From a candidate division WOR-3 bacterium (GTDB lineage: Bacteria > Hydrothermota > Tepidihabitantia > Tepidihabitantales > Tepidihabitantaceae): a stretch of 64,000 nucleotides of DNA. The stretch's first letter is position 1. Each line of letters begins with the position of its first letter. The DNA is taken from contig JABLXZ010000004.1 in NCBI GenBank assembly GCA_013177935.1, positions 340,059 to 404,058 on the forward strand, in the 5' to 3' direction. The position numbers were made by a program, and so were the translations under genes. Below are positions 48,080 through 58,063 of this stretch, piece by piece. The notes below the pieces were generated by a model that was not told the origin of the DNA, searched no databases, and saw only the letters and a list, made by a program, of their open reading frames with translations.

Positions 48080-48955
48080 ATGCTACGCAGTATGACCGGT
48101 GTGGGCCGTGCCGAAGCGGTGCTCAAACCTTCGGGCAGTAAACTGACCGTGGACATCCGCTCGGTAAATCACAAGTACTTTGAACTGGTGGCGAAACTGC
48201 CGCCGCAGTTTGCTGCGTATGAACGGGAGATTCACGAACTGGTGCGCCGCACCGTGCATCGCGGCTACATCCAGTTGCAGATGACCCTGGACGAATCGGT
48301 CTCGGTGCCCGCAGTTACCGTTGACCGGCAACTGGTGCAGGAGTACCTGCGCCTTGCCCGGGAGTTGAAAACCCGACACCATCTTGAAGGCGAACTGAAC
48401 ATCAACACCCTTTTCACCCTGCCCGGCGTCATCACGACGAAAAAGGCGAACGCCAACTCGTCCCGGTTCTGGCATGCCAGCCGACGGATTTTGAACCAGG
48501 CGCTCCGCCGCCTCGTCAAGATGAAGCAGGCAGAAGGTGCCGCTTTAGCCCGGGACCTGCGCCGGCGCATCGCGAAAATCCGGCGGGCGGTGCGGCAGAT
48601 TGAAGAACGGGTGCCGAAACGGCTCGCCGAGCGCCGCGAGAACCTCCTCGAACAGCTGCAAAACCTAAACATTCAGGCAAACCCGCGCCGGGTCCTGGAA
48701 GAGGTGGCGTTTATCGCCGAAAAGGTGGACATCCACGAGGAGTGTGTCCGGCTCAAGAGCCACTGTAGTATGTTCCTGCGCGCCCTGCGCAGTTCCGCCA
48801 CCTCGGGCAAGAAACTGGACTTCATTGCTCAGGAGATGCTGCGTGAGACCGACACCCTTGCTGCCAAGGCACGGGATGTGGTCATCTCGCGCCGGGCGAT
48901 TGAAATCAAGGGCGAGATTGAAAAGTTGAAGGAGCAGGTGCGCAATGTTGAGTAA
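48080..48955 (+). CDS. yicC: YicC/YloC family endoribonuclease
   Basis: SMTG.GR, RSVNHK, DI.EE..RL.SH, GKKLDF..QEM.RE, EQVRNVE. Confidence 0.92.
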   Translation: MLRSMTGVGRAEAVLKPSGSKLTVDIRSVNHKYFELVAKLPPQFAAYEREIHELVRRTVHRGYIQLQMTLDESVSVPAVTVDRQLVQEYLRLARELKTRHHLEGELNINTLFTLPGVITTKKANANSSRFWHASRRILNQALRRLVKMKQAEGAALARDLRRRIAKIRRAVRQIEERVPKRLAERRENLLEQLQNLNIQANPRRVLEEVAFIAEKVDIHEECVRLKSHCSMFLRALRSSATSGKKLDFIAQEMLRETDTLAAKARDVVISRRAIEIKGEIEKLKEQVRNVE

Positions 48956-49562
48956 GCCGTTGCATCAGCCGTTTATGGTCATCCTCTCCTCGCCTTCGGG
49001 CGCGGGCAAAACATCCATCTGTCAGGCGGTACTGCGGCAGGACAAAAACATCTTCTACTCGGTTTCGGCAACGACCCGACCCCGGCGCGCTAACGAGCGC
49101 CACGGCAAGAGTTACCTGTTTCTGACCGAAGCCGAGTTCCAGCAAATGCTCAAGCGTAATGCCCTGCTCGAGTCGGCACAGGTTTACGGTCACTACTACG
49201 GCACGCCGAAAGCGCCGGTGCTGAAGGCATTTCGCCAGGGCAAAGATGTCATCGCGGACCTTGATATTCAGGGGATGCGTTCCTGCAAAAAGGTGCTGGG
49301 AGCGCGCGCCATCGGGATTTTTATCCTGCCGCCCAGTCTGAAGGAGCTGCGCGCGCGCCTTTCCAAACGGGGCACCGAAGACCCGGCAGAACTGGCACGG
49401 CGCCGTGCTGCCCTGAAAGAAGAACTGCGTGCCATTCCGGAGTTTGACTATCTGGTAATAAATGATAAACTTGAACAGGCGGTCGGTGATGTTTTGACTA
49501 TCATTCGCGCCGAACGACTGCGCACATACCGCCGCCGGAAATTAAAGGAGGTTTCAAAATGA
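48945..49562 (+). CDS. gmk: guanylate kinase
   Basis: SSPSGAGKT, SVSATTRPRR, YYGTP, FILPPS. Confidence 0.95.
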   Translation: MLSKPLHQPFMVILSSPSGAGKTSICQAVLRQDKNIFYSVSATTRPRRANERHGKSYLFLTEAEFQQMLKRNALLESAQVYGHYYGTPKAPVLKAFRQGKDVIADLDIQGMRSCKKVLGARAIGIFILPPSLKELRARLSKRGTEDPAELARRRAALKEELRAIPEFDYLVINDKLEQAVGDVLTIIRAERLRTYRRRKLKEVSK

Positions 49563-49813
49563 AATGGGTTTCACTGGAACAGTTGTGGCAAACCCACCCT
49601 AATAAATATCTGGCTTTGAATATCGCCGCCCTTGAGGTGCGACGGATAATTGAAGCGATGAACCGGGACGAGATTCAACTCCCGACCAACATCTACGACT
49701 ATGCCCTGAAGCGCCTCCTCCGGGGCGAACTGAAATACGCCCCGCTTACTGAGGAAGAACTGGCGGCGTTGAGCCAGAAGACATTTGAAGAGCTCACCTC
49801 CCGCCGTTCCTGA
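49559..49813 (+). CDS. rpoZ: RNA polymerase omega subunit-like protein (divergent)
   Basis: Position between gmk and coaBC; NKY....IAA...R motif. Confidence 0.6.
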   Translation: MKWVSLEQLWQTHPNKYLALNIAALEVRRIIEAMNRDEIQLPTNIYDYALKRLLRGELKYAPLTEEELAALSQKTFEELTSRRS

Positions 49814-49850
49814 AGCCGAAGGTTAAATTTGTCCTTTTCGGAGCGCGGCG

Positions 49851-51050
49851 GTGAGCAATCCGGAAGTTCTATTAGGCGTTACCGGCAGCATTGCCGCCTA
49901 CAAGGCGCTGGAACTGGTGCGCCTTTTCAAGCGGCAAAACTGGGGTGTAACGGTCGTGATGACCCGCGCCGCAACCAAACTGGTCGGTGTTGAGTCGTTT
50001 CGCACCCTGACGAACCGCGCCGTTGCCCTGAAACTGTTTCCGGCTGAGCGCCACTTTTCCGCACCGGTTGAGCACATTGACCTTGCCACGAGCCCGGACT
50101 TAATCGTCGTGGCACCAGCAACCGCCAACATACTGGGCAAACTCGCCTCCGGCATCGGTGACGACCTGCTCTCCACCTTGCTCCTTGCCGTACCCCAGGA
50201 AAAGGTCAAGGCGGGTCGGGTGCTCTTCGCTCCGGCGATGAATGTCAATATGTGGCACAATCCGATTGTTCAGGCGAATATCGAGAAACTGAAAGCCACC
50301 GGTTACTGCTTTATCGAACCGGACCAGGGGGAACTCGCCTGCGGTACCATCGGTACCGGCAGGATGGCAGAACCGGCAGAAATCTTTGCCCGGTGCCGCG
50401 CCGCACTTGAATCGCTGCCCGACCTGAACGGTGTTTCCGTACTCGTCACAACCGGCAGAACCGAAGAGCCGTTAGACCCGGTGCGCATCATCACCAACCG
50501 CTCTTCCGGTCGGATGGGCGTGGAAATCGCCCGGGCATTTAAGGCGGCAGGCGCCCGCACCCGTTTGATTGCCGGTGCCGTGTCGGTACCTTTGCCCGCG
50601 GATGCGATTCGGGTCCAGACCACCGAAGAGATGGCAGAAGCGGTTTTGCGCTCACTACCGGAAACCGACATTCTCGTAATGTGTGCCGCGGTTGCCGATT
50701 ACCAGCCGGCAAAGGTGGCAAAGGAGAAGTATCACACCGCTGACCTGTCTTTGAAACTCGTCCGCACTCCGGACATCCTTTCCCTTGTTGCCGCCCGGAA
50801 AGAAAAACCCTTTCTTGTTGGCTTCTCCCTTGACGCCAATTTGGAGCGGGCAAAGGAGAAACTGCGTGCCAAGCACCTCGACCTCATCATTGCCAATCCG
50901 CCCACAACCGCGGGCAGCGAAAGAATCGCAGCACAGCTGCTCTTCGCTTCCGGCAAACAAGAGCGTCTTCCGGAAATGGACAAAGCCGAATTTGCCCTAA
51001 AACTGGTGAAAACGGTTGGGCAGATTTACAAGAAAAGGAAGCAAAGATGA
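49851..51050 (+). CDS. coaBC: phosphopantothenoylcysteine decarboxylase/ligase
   Basis: GVTGSIAAYK, APATAN, PAMN, LACG..G.GRM, DPVR.ITNRSSG.MG. Confidence 0.95.
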   Translation: MSNPEVLLGVTGSIAAYKALELVRLFKRQNWGVTVVMTRAATKLVGVESFRTLTNRAVALKLFPAERHFSAPVEHIDLATSPDLIVVAPATANILGKLASGIGDDLLSTLLLAVPQEKVKAGRVLFAPAMNVNMWHNPIVQANIEKLKATGYCFIEPDQGELACGTIGTGRMAEPAEIFARCRAALESLPDLNGVSVLVTTGRTEEPLDPVRIITNRSSGRMGVEIARAFKAAGARTRLIAGAVSVPLPADAIRVQTTEEMAEAVLRSLPETDILVMCAAVADYQPAKVAKEKYHTADLSLKLVRTPDILSLVAARKEKPFLVGFSLDANLERAKEKLRAKHLDLIIANPPTTAGSERIAAQLLFASGKQERLPEMDKAEFALKLVKTVGQIYKKRKQR

Positions 51051-52477
51051 GCACCAATCGGGGACAAAATCAGGTTGAGCGCAAACCACCTCAGGCGGTT
51101 GAAGCCGAAGCCGCGGTGCTCGGCGCAATCCTGCTTGATGCCGAAGCCCTGCCCCGGGTTTTGCCCTTTTTGAAACCGGAACACTTCTACACCCCAGCCC
51201 ACCGCCTCATTTACGAGGCGATGCTCAACCTGTTTGAACGCAAAGAGCCCTGCGACATCATCACCGTTACTGCGGAACTGCGCCGGATGAAGCAACTGGA
51301 GGCGGTCGGAGGCCCCACATACCTCTCCAGCCTCCTTGACACCGTGCTCACCGCGGCCCACTGCGAAGAGCATGCCCACCTAGTACTGGAAAGGGCGATT
51401 CAACGCCAGCTGATTCAGACCGCAACCGAAATCGTGCAGGCGGCGTTTGATGAAAGCCACAGCGCTGAAGAACTCCTCGAACAGGCAGAGAGCAAAATCT
51501 TTCAGTTGCGCCAAGCCGGCGAACGCAAACGGTTCACGCTCGTGCGCGAGATGTTGATGGATGAGATGGAACGGATTGAGAAAGCCCGGCAGGAGAAGCG
51601 GTTAATAACCGGGGTTGAAACCGGTTTTCGCGACCTTGATAACTTGACCTCAGGCTTCCAGCCCGGTGACTTCATCATCATCGCCGGTAGGCCCGGAATG
51701 GGCAAGACCGCCTTTGCCTTAAACATTGCGGTCAATGCTGCAATCCACATCAGCAAGCCGGTACCGGTCGCCATCTTCAGCCTTGAGATGTCAACGGAAA
51801 GTCTTATCCAGCGGCTCATCTGCTCTGAGGCTTATGTCTCGCAGAGCAAACTGCGCCGCGGCATGCTCACCCACGACGAATACAAACGGGTTGTTGATGT
51901 GATTGGACCCCTGTCTGAGGCAAAAATCTACATCGACGACTCACCAGGCTTGAACGCCCTTGAGGTGCGGGCAAGGGCACGCCGCTTGAAAGGCGAGCAT
52001 CCGGATTTGGGGATGGTGATGATTGACTATCTCCAGTTGATGGAGGTGCACGGTGACCGACGCCGGGAACGCAACCGGCAGCAGGAGATTACCGAAATCT
52101 CCCGGGCATTAAAGGCGATGGCAAAGGAACTCGATGTGCCGGTCGTTGCCATCTCCCAGCTGTCACGCGCGCCCGAAACCCGTCAGGATAAAAGACCCCA
52201 GCTCTCCGACCTGCGCGAGTCCGGCGCCCTTGAGCAGGACGCCGATGTTGTCCTGCTTTTGTTCCGGGAAGCGGCGTACCGAAAAAAGGAGTGGGCGTCA
52301 CTGGACGAAAACAAACGCCGCGCCGCCGAACTCAATGTTGCGAAACAGCGCAACGGTCCGACCGATACCATTCCGCTCGTCTTCCTCTACGAATGTATGC
52401 GCTTTGTCAACGCCGAAACCCGCTACACTCAGGAACCGGTTGAAGAAGAAATCTCCGAAGAAGAGTTCAACATCTAA
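51047..52477 (+). CDS. dnaB: replicative DNA helicase
   Basis: AGRPGMGKT, FSLEM, IDYLQL, SQLSR, DLRESG.LEQDAD, KQRNGP. Confidence 0.97.
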   Translation: MSTNRGQNQVERKPPQAVEAEAAVLGAILLDAEALPRVLPFLKPEHFYTPAHRLIYEAMLNLFERKEPCDIITVTAELRRMKQLEAVGGPTYLSSLLDTVLTAAHCEEHAHLVLERAIQRQLIQTATEIVQAAFDESHSAEELLEQAESKIFQLRQAGERKRFTLVREMLMDEMERIEKARQEKRLITGVETGFRDLDNLTSGFQPGDFIIIAGRPGMGKTAFALNIAVNAAIHISKPVPVAIFSLEMSTESLIQRLICSEAYVSQSKLRRGMLTHDEYKRVVDVIGPLSEAKIYIDDSPGLNALEVRARARRLKGEHPDLGMVMIDYLQLMEVHGDRRRERNRQQEITEISRALKAMAKELDVPVVAISQLSRAPETRQDKRPQLSDLRESGALEQDADVVLLLFREAAYRKKEWASLDENKRRAAELNVAKQRNGPTDTIPLVFLYECMRFVNAETRYTQEPVEEEISEEEFNI

Positions 52478-52483
52478 CCCCCG

Positions 52484-53842
52484 ATGAAGAAGACCCACTT
52501 TATCTGCCAGAACTGCGGTTACGAATCTGCCCGCTGGTTGGGCCGCTGCCCGAACTGCGACGAGTGGAACAGTCTGGTTGAGGAGGAACTGCCCGCAAAA
52601 AAGAAAGCAAAGAATGCGGCAACACCAACCTTAACAACCCGACCGGTGCCGTTAAATCAGGTGGCGATGGAAAAAACCGCCCGGATTTTAACCGGCATCG
52701 GCGAACTGGACCGGGTGATTGGCGGCGGTGTTGTACCCGGCTCGTTGCTTCTTCTTGGTGGCGAACCGGGCATCGGCAAATCAACCCTGCTCTTGCAGGT
52801 CTGCAACACCCTTGCCCATCGGGGCATGCGCATCCTCTATGTTACCGGCGAAGAGTCGCCCGAACAGGTCCGACTCCGCGCTGCCCGCCTCGGTAAGGTT
52901 GCCGCGGAACTGTTCATCCTCGCCACCGTTGAGGTTGAAGAGGTGCTCGGAGCGGTCGAAGAAATCAATCCCGGGCTTCTGGTCATCGACTCGATTCAGA
53001 CCCTGACGACCAGCACGCTCGCCAGTGCACCGGGTAGCGTCGCTCAGGTCCGGGAATGTACCGCCCAGCTCCTCCGGCTGGCAAAAAGCCGGCGCCTCAC
53101 AACCTTCATCATCGGTCATGTGACCAAGTTCGGCGCAATTGCCGGACCGAAAACCCTCGAGCATATGGTTGATACCGTACTCTATTTTGAAGGGGAATCC
53201 AGCCTCAACTACCGGATTGTTCGGGCGGTGAAAAACCGCTACGGCTCCACCAATGAAATCGGTGTGTTTGAGATGACCGAATCCGGTTTAATTGAGGTGC
53301 AGAACCCCTCCGAGTTTTTCCTTTCCGGACGCCGGCTTGATGTCTCCGGCTCCGCGGTGGTGGCAACGCTCGAGGGCACCCGCCCGCTTCTGGTGGAGAT
53401 TCAGGCGCTTGCCGCGCCGACACCATTTGCCCTGCCCCAGCGGGTGGCAACCGGTTTTGACATCCGGCGCCTGGCGCTGCTCCTCTGCATCCTTGAGCGC
53501 CGCGCCGGCATCGCCACCACAAACAAAGACATCTTTTTGAACATCGCCGGCGGTATCAAACTAACCGAACCGGCGGTTGACCTCGGGATCGTTGCGGCGC
53601 TTGCCTCGGCACTGCGCAACACTCCCCTTCCTACCGATATCGTCCTTTTTGGCGAGGTGGGGCTTGCTGGTGAAATCCGTTCGGTTAGCCGTACCGAGTC
53701 GCGCATCACCGAAGCGGCTCGTCTGGGGTTTAGGCGCATCCTGTTGCCCGAGCATAGCCCGCAGCCGAAAAAAAACACCTTGAAACTTGTGCCGGTGGAC
53801 ACGGTCGCTACCGCCCTCAAGGTGTTGGGATTAAAAAGATGA
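52484..53842 (+). CDS. radA: DNA repair protein RadA/Sms
   Basis: C4 zinc finger, GEPGIGKSTL, KNRYG. Confidence 0.97.
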   Translation: MKKTHFICQNCGYESARWLGRCPNCDEWNSLVEEELPAKKKAKNAATPTLTTRPVPLNQVAMEKTARILTGIGELDRVIGGGVVPGSLLLLGGEPGIGKSTLLLQVCNTLAHRGMRILYVTGEESPEQVRLRAARLGKVAAELFILATVEVEEVLGAVEEINPGLLVIDSIQTLTTSTLASAPGSVAQVRECTAQLLRLAKSRRLTTFIIGHVTKFGAIAGPKTLEHMVDTVLYFEGESSLNYRIVRAVKNRYGSTNEIGVFEMTESGLIEVQNPSEFFLSGRRLDVSGSAVVATLEGTRPLLVEIQALAAPTPFALPQRVATGFDIRRLALLLCILERRAGIATTNKDIFLNIAGGIKLTEPAVDLGIVAALASALRNTPLPTDIVLFGEVGLAGEIRSVSRTESRITEAARLGFRRILLPEHSPQPKKNTLKLVPVDTVATALKVLGLKR

Positions 53843-53863
53843 GATTGGATCTGGGAGGATTTT

Positions 53864-54436
53864 ATGCTCTTTCTGCGTTCCAAAACCTTTATCTTAGATT
53901 TGGACACCCTTGCCGACCCGAAAATTGTCCAGTTTCTTGGATTGGGCATCGTTACCGGTCAGCTTCTTGTGCCCGAACCACCCGAACCCAAAGGGGAAAA
54001 CGACTATGTTGCCCAAAGGGCTAAGGAAAACCTGAACCAACTGAAAAATATCAAGGGTCTAAAAGTCAAAACCCGGCGAGACCTCAACTCAATCGCCGAG
54101 CTTTTGCAAACCGCCCGGCAGAAAAAGGCAACAATTATCACCTGCCGGCCGGATGTTAAATCAGCCGCCGACGGCATCACGGTGGTAACCACGCTCGACC
54201 TGTTCAACATCTTTCGACCCAGTTATCTACCCGGCACCGTGCTCAAAGTGAAAATCACTAAACGGGGCAAAGAGAAAAATGAAGGCATCGGTTATCTCGA
54301 AGGCGGCATCAAGGTGGTCGTGGAAAACTGCGGCGATGAGGTGGGCAAGGAGCTCGAAGTGGTAATTAAAGGTGGTATCGACACCGATGTTGGCCAGGTG
54401 CTTTTTGCTCAACCACGGTTTCTTGAAGTGAAATAG
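53864..54436 (+). CDS. PIN/TRAM (YacL-like) protein lacking the N-terminal membrane part
   Basis: GKE..EGIGYLE.G..VVVE TRAM domain; position after radA. Confidence 0.8.
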   Translation: MLFLRSKTFILDLDTLADPKIVQFLGLGIVTGQLLVPEPPEPKGENDYVAQRAKENLNQLKNIKGLKVKTRRDLNSIAELLQTARQKKATIITCRPDVKSAADGITVVTTLDLFNIFRPSYLPGTVLKVKITKRGKEKNEGIGYLEGGIKVVVENCGDEVGKELEVVIKGGIDTDVGQVLFAQPRFLEVK

Positions 54437-54438
54437 TA

Positions 54439-54524
54439 AAGACGCCGGGTTCCAAAGCCCGGTAATCGGCTGCGCTGGCGCCGCGTGCCCATCCCGTGGT
54501 TAACTATGGAAACCCCGGCGTCTT
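54439..54524. other. long-range inverted repeat / candidate structured RNA
   Basis: AAGACGCCGGG-TTCCA pairs with TGGAA-AC-CCCGGCGTCTT. Confidence 0.5.
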
Positions 54525-54917
54525 CATCCCCTAACAAAATGGTGGGCTATCGTGCGGAATAACGCAGCTTCAAGGGCGGAAGTTGACCGGTTTTGGTCGC
54601 CGCTACGACAGCCCAGAATTTTCATATCACACTTTATGCACTCACCCAACTCACACCATAACATCTCAAATGCACAATCTGTGCCCGCAAGCAAAACAAC
54701 CGCATCAAACAATAACCGGCGCGAAATCATAAACTTGCCCTTTTATTCGGCTTGTCTTTAGCCTTACTTCCCGCCTGCTTTTTATAAGTTAACCGATGAC
54801 TTTATCATTACTTGTACCACTGCGACCGCAAAAGACAAACCGTTTCTGTGTAGGCACGGCAGATATCCCCTCCTTGTTTCTTGACACCTCCACTCCATCC
54901 CTTAAAATCTCCCAACT

Positions 54918-55976
54918 ATGGTAACAAGAATTCGTGCCCTGCAAAAAGCGCTGGCAGAAAAACGGCTGGATGGTTATCTTGTCACCAGTCTGACCAACAT
55001 CCGTTATCTCTGCGGCTTTACCGGCTCTAACGGGATGATGCTTATCACCCGTTCTAAGGCAACTTTTTTTACCGACTTCCGATATCAGGAGCAGGTCAAA
55101 ACCGAGGTCAAAGGCTGTGTCCGAAAAATACTGGAACGAGACCTTTACGCCGCTTTCCCAGTCGACGAATTAAAAGGAGTCCGGCGCCTTGGCGTGGAAA
55201 AGAGCCATCTGACACTTGCCCGGTTCGAACTCCTGCGTCAGCAGATAAAGAAAACAAAACTCGTCCCCTCAGAGGATTTGGTTTTGCAGTTGCGCCGGAA
55301 AAAGAGCCCGCAAGAAATCGCCCTGATTAAAAAAGCCCAAGCGGTTACAGAACAAGCCTTTGCCCGCGTGCTGAAATTGATTAAACCGGGCATCAGCGAA
55401 AAAGATTTAAGCCTGGAGATTGAGTTCCAATTCCGGCGGATTGGTGAACCGGCATTCGGAATCATTGTCGCCTCCGGCGAAAATGCCGCAAAACCTCATG
55501 CCCGCGCCGGTAACCGGCGGCTGAAAAAGGGTGACTGTATCACCTTTGACATCGGCTGCCGGATTAACGGCTACTGCTCGGATATGACCCGCACCGTGTT
55601 TTTGGGCAAACCGAGTGATGAAATGCGCCAGGTTTACGATGCGGTCCTTAACGCCCAGAATGAAGCCCTGGCGGTGATTAAACCCGGTGTGCCCTGCAAA
55701 CTGGTTGACCTTGCCGCCCGGGATTATCTTAACCGGATTGGATTCGGCAAATTTTTTGGCCACAGTTTAGGACATGGGGTCGGGCTTGAAGTCCACGAGG
55801 AGCCCCGGCTGGCAAAGACCAGTAGCCAGACGCTTGAGGTTGGTGATGTGGTAACGGTTGAGCCCGGTGTTTATCTCCCGGGTAAAGGTGGGGTACGAAT
55901 TGAGGATATGGTTTATGTCACCCGAAAAGGGTTTATCAATCTCACCCGGGCACCAAAGAAGCTTATAATACTATGA
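54918..55976 (+). CDS. Xaa-Pro aminopeptidase (M24B)
   Basis: YLCGFTGS, GYCSDMTRT, HSLGHGVGLEVHE.P, TVEPG.Y, GVRIED. Confidence 0.93.
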   Translation: MVTRIRALQKALAEKRLDGYLVTSLTNIRYLCGFTGSNGMMLITRSKATFFTDFRYQEQVKTEVKGCVRKILERDLYAAFPVDELKGVRRLGVEKSHLTLARFELLRQQIKKTKLVPSEDLVLQLRRKKSPQEIALIKKAQAVTEQAFARVLKLIKPGISEKDLSLEIEFQFRRIGEPAFGIIVASGENAAKPHARAGNRRLKKGDCITFDIGCRINGYCSDMTRTVFLGKPSDEMRQVYDAVLNAQNEALAVIKPGVPCKLVDLAARDYLNRIGFGKFFGHSLGHGVGLEVHEEPRLAKTSSQTLEVGDVVTVEPGVYLPGKGGVRIEDMVYVTRKGFINLTRAPKKLIIL

Positions 55977-56070
55977 GGAACAGAAACAAAGAAGACAGGA
56001 AGCGCTGCAACCTAATTACCACGCTTCCGTACTATTTCGCTTACAAACTATTTAGAAGGAGTGATGGAGT

Positions 56071-56628
56071 ATGGTAACACCAAACGAATTTCGCACCGGT
56101 CTTTTAATCCGCTATAACAATGAAATCTATGAGGTCCTCTCTTATCAGCGGACCCGAACCGCGCAGCGTCGGGCGCGGGTGTTGACGAAAATCCGTAACA
56201 TCCGCACCGGCGCCACGATTGAGGAAAGTTTTGAGTCCGAAATCAAACTGGAAACGGTTGAAATGGAACGGCGTCGGGGCCAGTTCCTCTATGCCGATGA
56301 TTCCGGTTATCACTTTATGGACCTCGAAACCTATGAGCAGTTTCCGATTAAAAAAGAGGCGCTGGGCGATAAGGTGTACTATCTAACCGAAGGTCTTGAG
56401 GTCGAGATTGGCTATATCGAGGGCGTCCCGATGCTCATCAATCCGCCCCTGTTCATCGTCCTTGAGGTGGTTGACACCGAACCGAACTACCGGGGTGATA
56501 CCGCCACCGGCGGCGGTAAACCGGCGCGGCTCAGTACCGGTCTTGTGGTTGACGTCCCATTTTTCATCAAAGTGGGCGACCGGGTTAAGATTGACACCCG
56601 CACCAACACCTATGTTGAGCGGGCATAG
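56071..56628 (+). CDS. efp: translation elongation factor P (atypical tip loop)
   Basis: QFLY, FMD.ETYEQ, T.P..RGDTA....KPA.L.TG, VPFFI..GD...IDTR. Confidence 0.95.
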   Translation: MVTPNEFRTGLLIRYNNEIYEVLSYQRTRTAQRRARVLTKIRNIRTGATIEESFESEIKLETVEMERRRGQFLYADDSGYHFMDLETYEQFPIKKEALGDKVYYLTEGLEVEIGYIEGVPMLINPPLFIVLEVVDTEPNYRGDTATGGGKPARLSTGLVVDVPFFIKVGDRVKIDTRTNTYVERA

Positions 56629-56631
56629 GGT

Positions 56632-57954
56632 GTGATTGAAAAACTGCTCGTTGCTAACCGGGGAAACCCGGCATTGCGCATCATCCGCACCTGCCGGGAA
56701 CTGGGAGTCAAAACGGTTGCGGTTTACTCCGAAGCGGACCGGGACTCTTTGCCGGTGCTCCTTGCTGACGAAATGGTGTGCATTGGCAAGCCCGACCCCC
56801 GCGACAGTTATTTGAACATCTCCCGCATCCTCTCTGCCGCGGAAATCACCCGGTGTAATGCCGTCCATCCGGGCTGGAACTTCCTTGCCACCAATGCCGA
56901 GTTTGCCGACGCTGTGCAGAGCACCGGCATCATCTGGATTGGACCGCCACCGGACCTGCTGCGCCTTTTAAGTTCCCGGCTCGAAGTGCGTAACCGCATC
57001 GCCGGCGCCGGTGTCCCGGTTGTTCCCGGCAGTGATGAACCGCTCAAAACCCCGCAGGATGCGATTCCAGTCTGCCGGCAACTCGGTCTGCCGGTTGTAG
57101 TAAGACCGGTGGCAGAGTATGTCCACCGGACCCGGGTCATCAACAAAGAGAAGGACATCGAAACGCAGGTCCGGATGTGTCAGGCAGAAATCCGCGCCGA
57201 TTACGAGAGCGATACCAGTGGTAGTATCGCTTCCGCCGAGGTTTACATCGAGCGGCTGATACCAGATGCCCGCCTGATTGAAATTCAGGTTGCCATTGAC
57301 CGCCCAAAACAAACCCTCCTCTTTGACGACCGGGAGATAATTGAACACCACGGTAAAAAAGTTATCGCCTGCTCCCCACCTCCTGGACTCAAGCCAGCCC
57401 GGCGTCGGCAACTGTTCAACTGGGCGGAAAGGGTCGTAGAAGCACTAAACTGGCGAGGTGTCAGTACGGTCCATTTTCTCCTCGACAAGACCGGTCACGC
57501 CTACTTCTACCGCTTCACCCCCCATCTTACCGAATTCCACCCGGCGATTGAGATTCGCTATGGAATCGACCTCATCCAGACCCAACTTTTCACCACCCCT
57601 TCTCAAACAGCCGAATCTGACCGGGCAATTAACTCACCTACCCTTCCCATTTCCGACTTTATCATCACCAGCCAGCTGTTTGCCGAAAATCCCGACGCCG
57701 AGTTTGAACCATCGCCCGGAACAGTTACCAACATCCGTTTGCCCGGTGGTCCCAATATTCGGCTTGACACCGACATCATCCCCGGTACTCAGGTCACTCC
57801 GTACTACGACTACGCCCTCGGCACCATCTCCGCCTGGGGACCTGATGCCACTGTCACCATCAACCGGCTCGCCCGCGCCCTTGCCGAAACTACCGTCACC
57901 GGCATCCGGACCAATATCCCGTTTCTTTTTGACTTTATCCGGACTTTCATCTAA
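56632..57954 (+). CDS. biotin carboxylase-like protein with a degenerate active site
   Basis: KLLVANRG...RIIR.CRELG..TVAVYS.AD, SYLN, PSPG, PGGP..R.DT, PYYD retained; catalytic motifs altered. Confidence 0.85.
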   Translation: MIEKLLVANRGNPALRIIRTCRELGVKTVAVYSEADRDSLPVLLADEMVCIGKPDPRDSYLNISRILSAAEITRCNAVHPGWNFLATNAEFADAVQSTGIIWIGPPPDLLRLLSSRLEVRNRIAGAGVPVVPGSDEPLKTPQDAIPVCRQLGLPVVVRPVAEYVHRTRVINKEKDIETQVRMCQAEIRADYESDTSGSIASAEVYIERLIPDARLIEIQVAIDRPKQTLLFDDREIIEHHGKKVIACSPPPGLKPARRRQLFNWAERVVEALNWRGVSTVHFLLDKTGHAYFYRFTPHLTEFHPAIEIRYGIDLIQTQLFTTPSQTAESDRAINSPTLPISDFIITSQLFAENPDAEFEPSPGTVTNIRLPGGPNIRLDTDIIPGTQVTPYYDYALGTISAWGPDATVTINRLARALAETTVTGIRTNIPFLFDFIRTFI

Positions 57955-58063
57955 CCGATTTATAAATTGGCAAAATTACTACTGCTTTGCCCGATTTACT
58001 TGACCATTCCAATGTTAATTGGTATATTTATATTTAAGTTTGGCGCATTTGACGATTAAACAG

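Noticed and set aside
54439..54524. SRP RNA, guanidine (ykkC) riboswitch or intrinsic terminator
   Set aside because: Lacks the SRP GGAA-loop motif and a U-tract; GGGTTCC and AAAGCCCGG are adjacent, not in riboswitch spacing.
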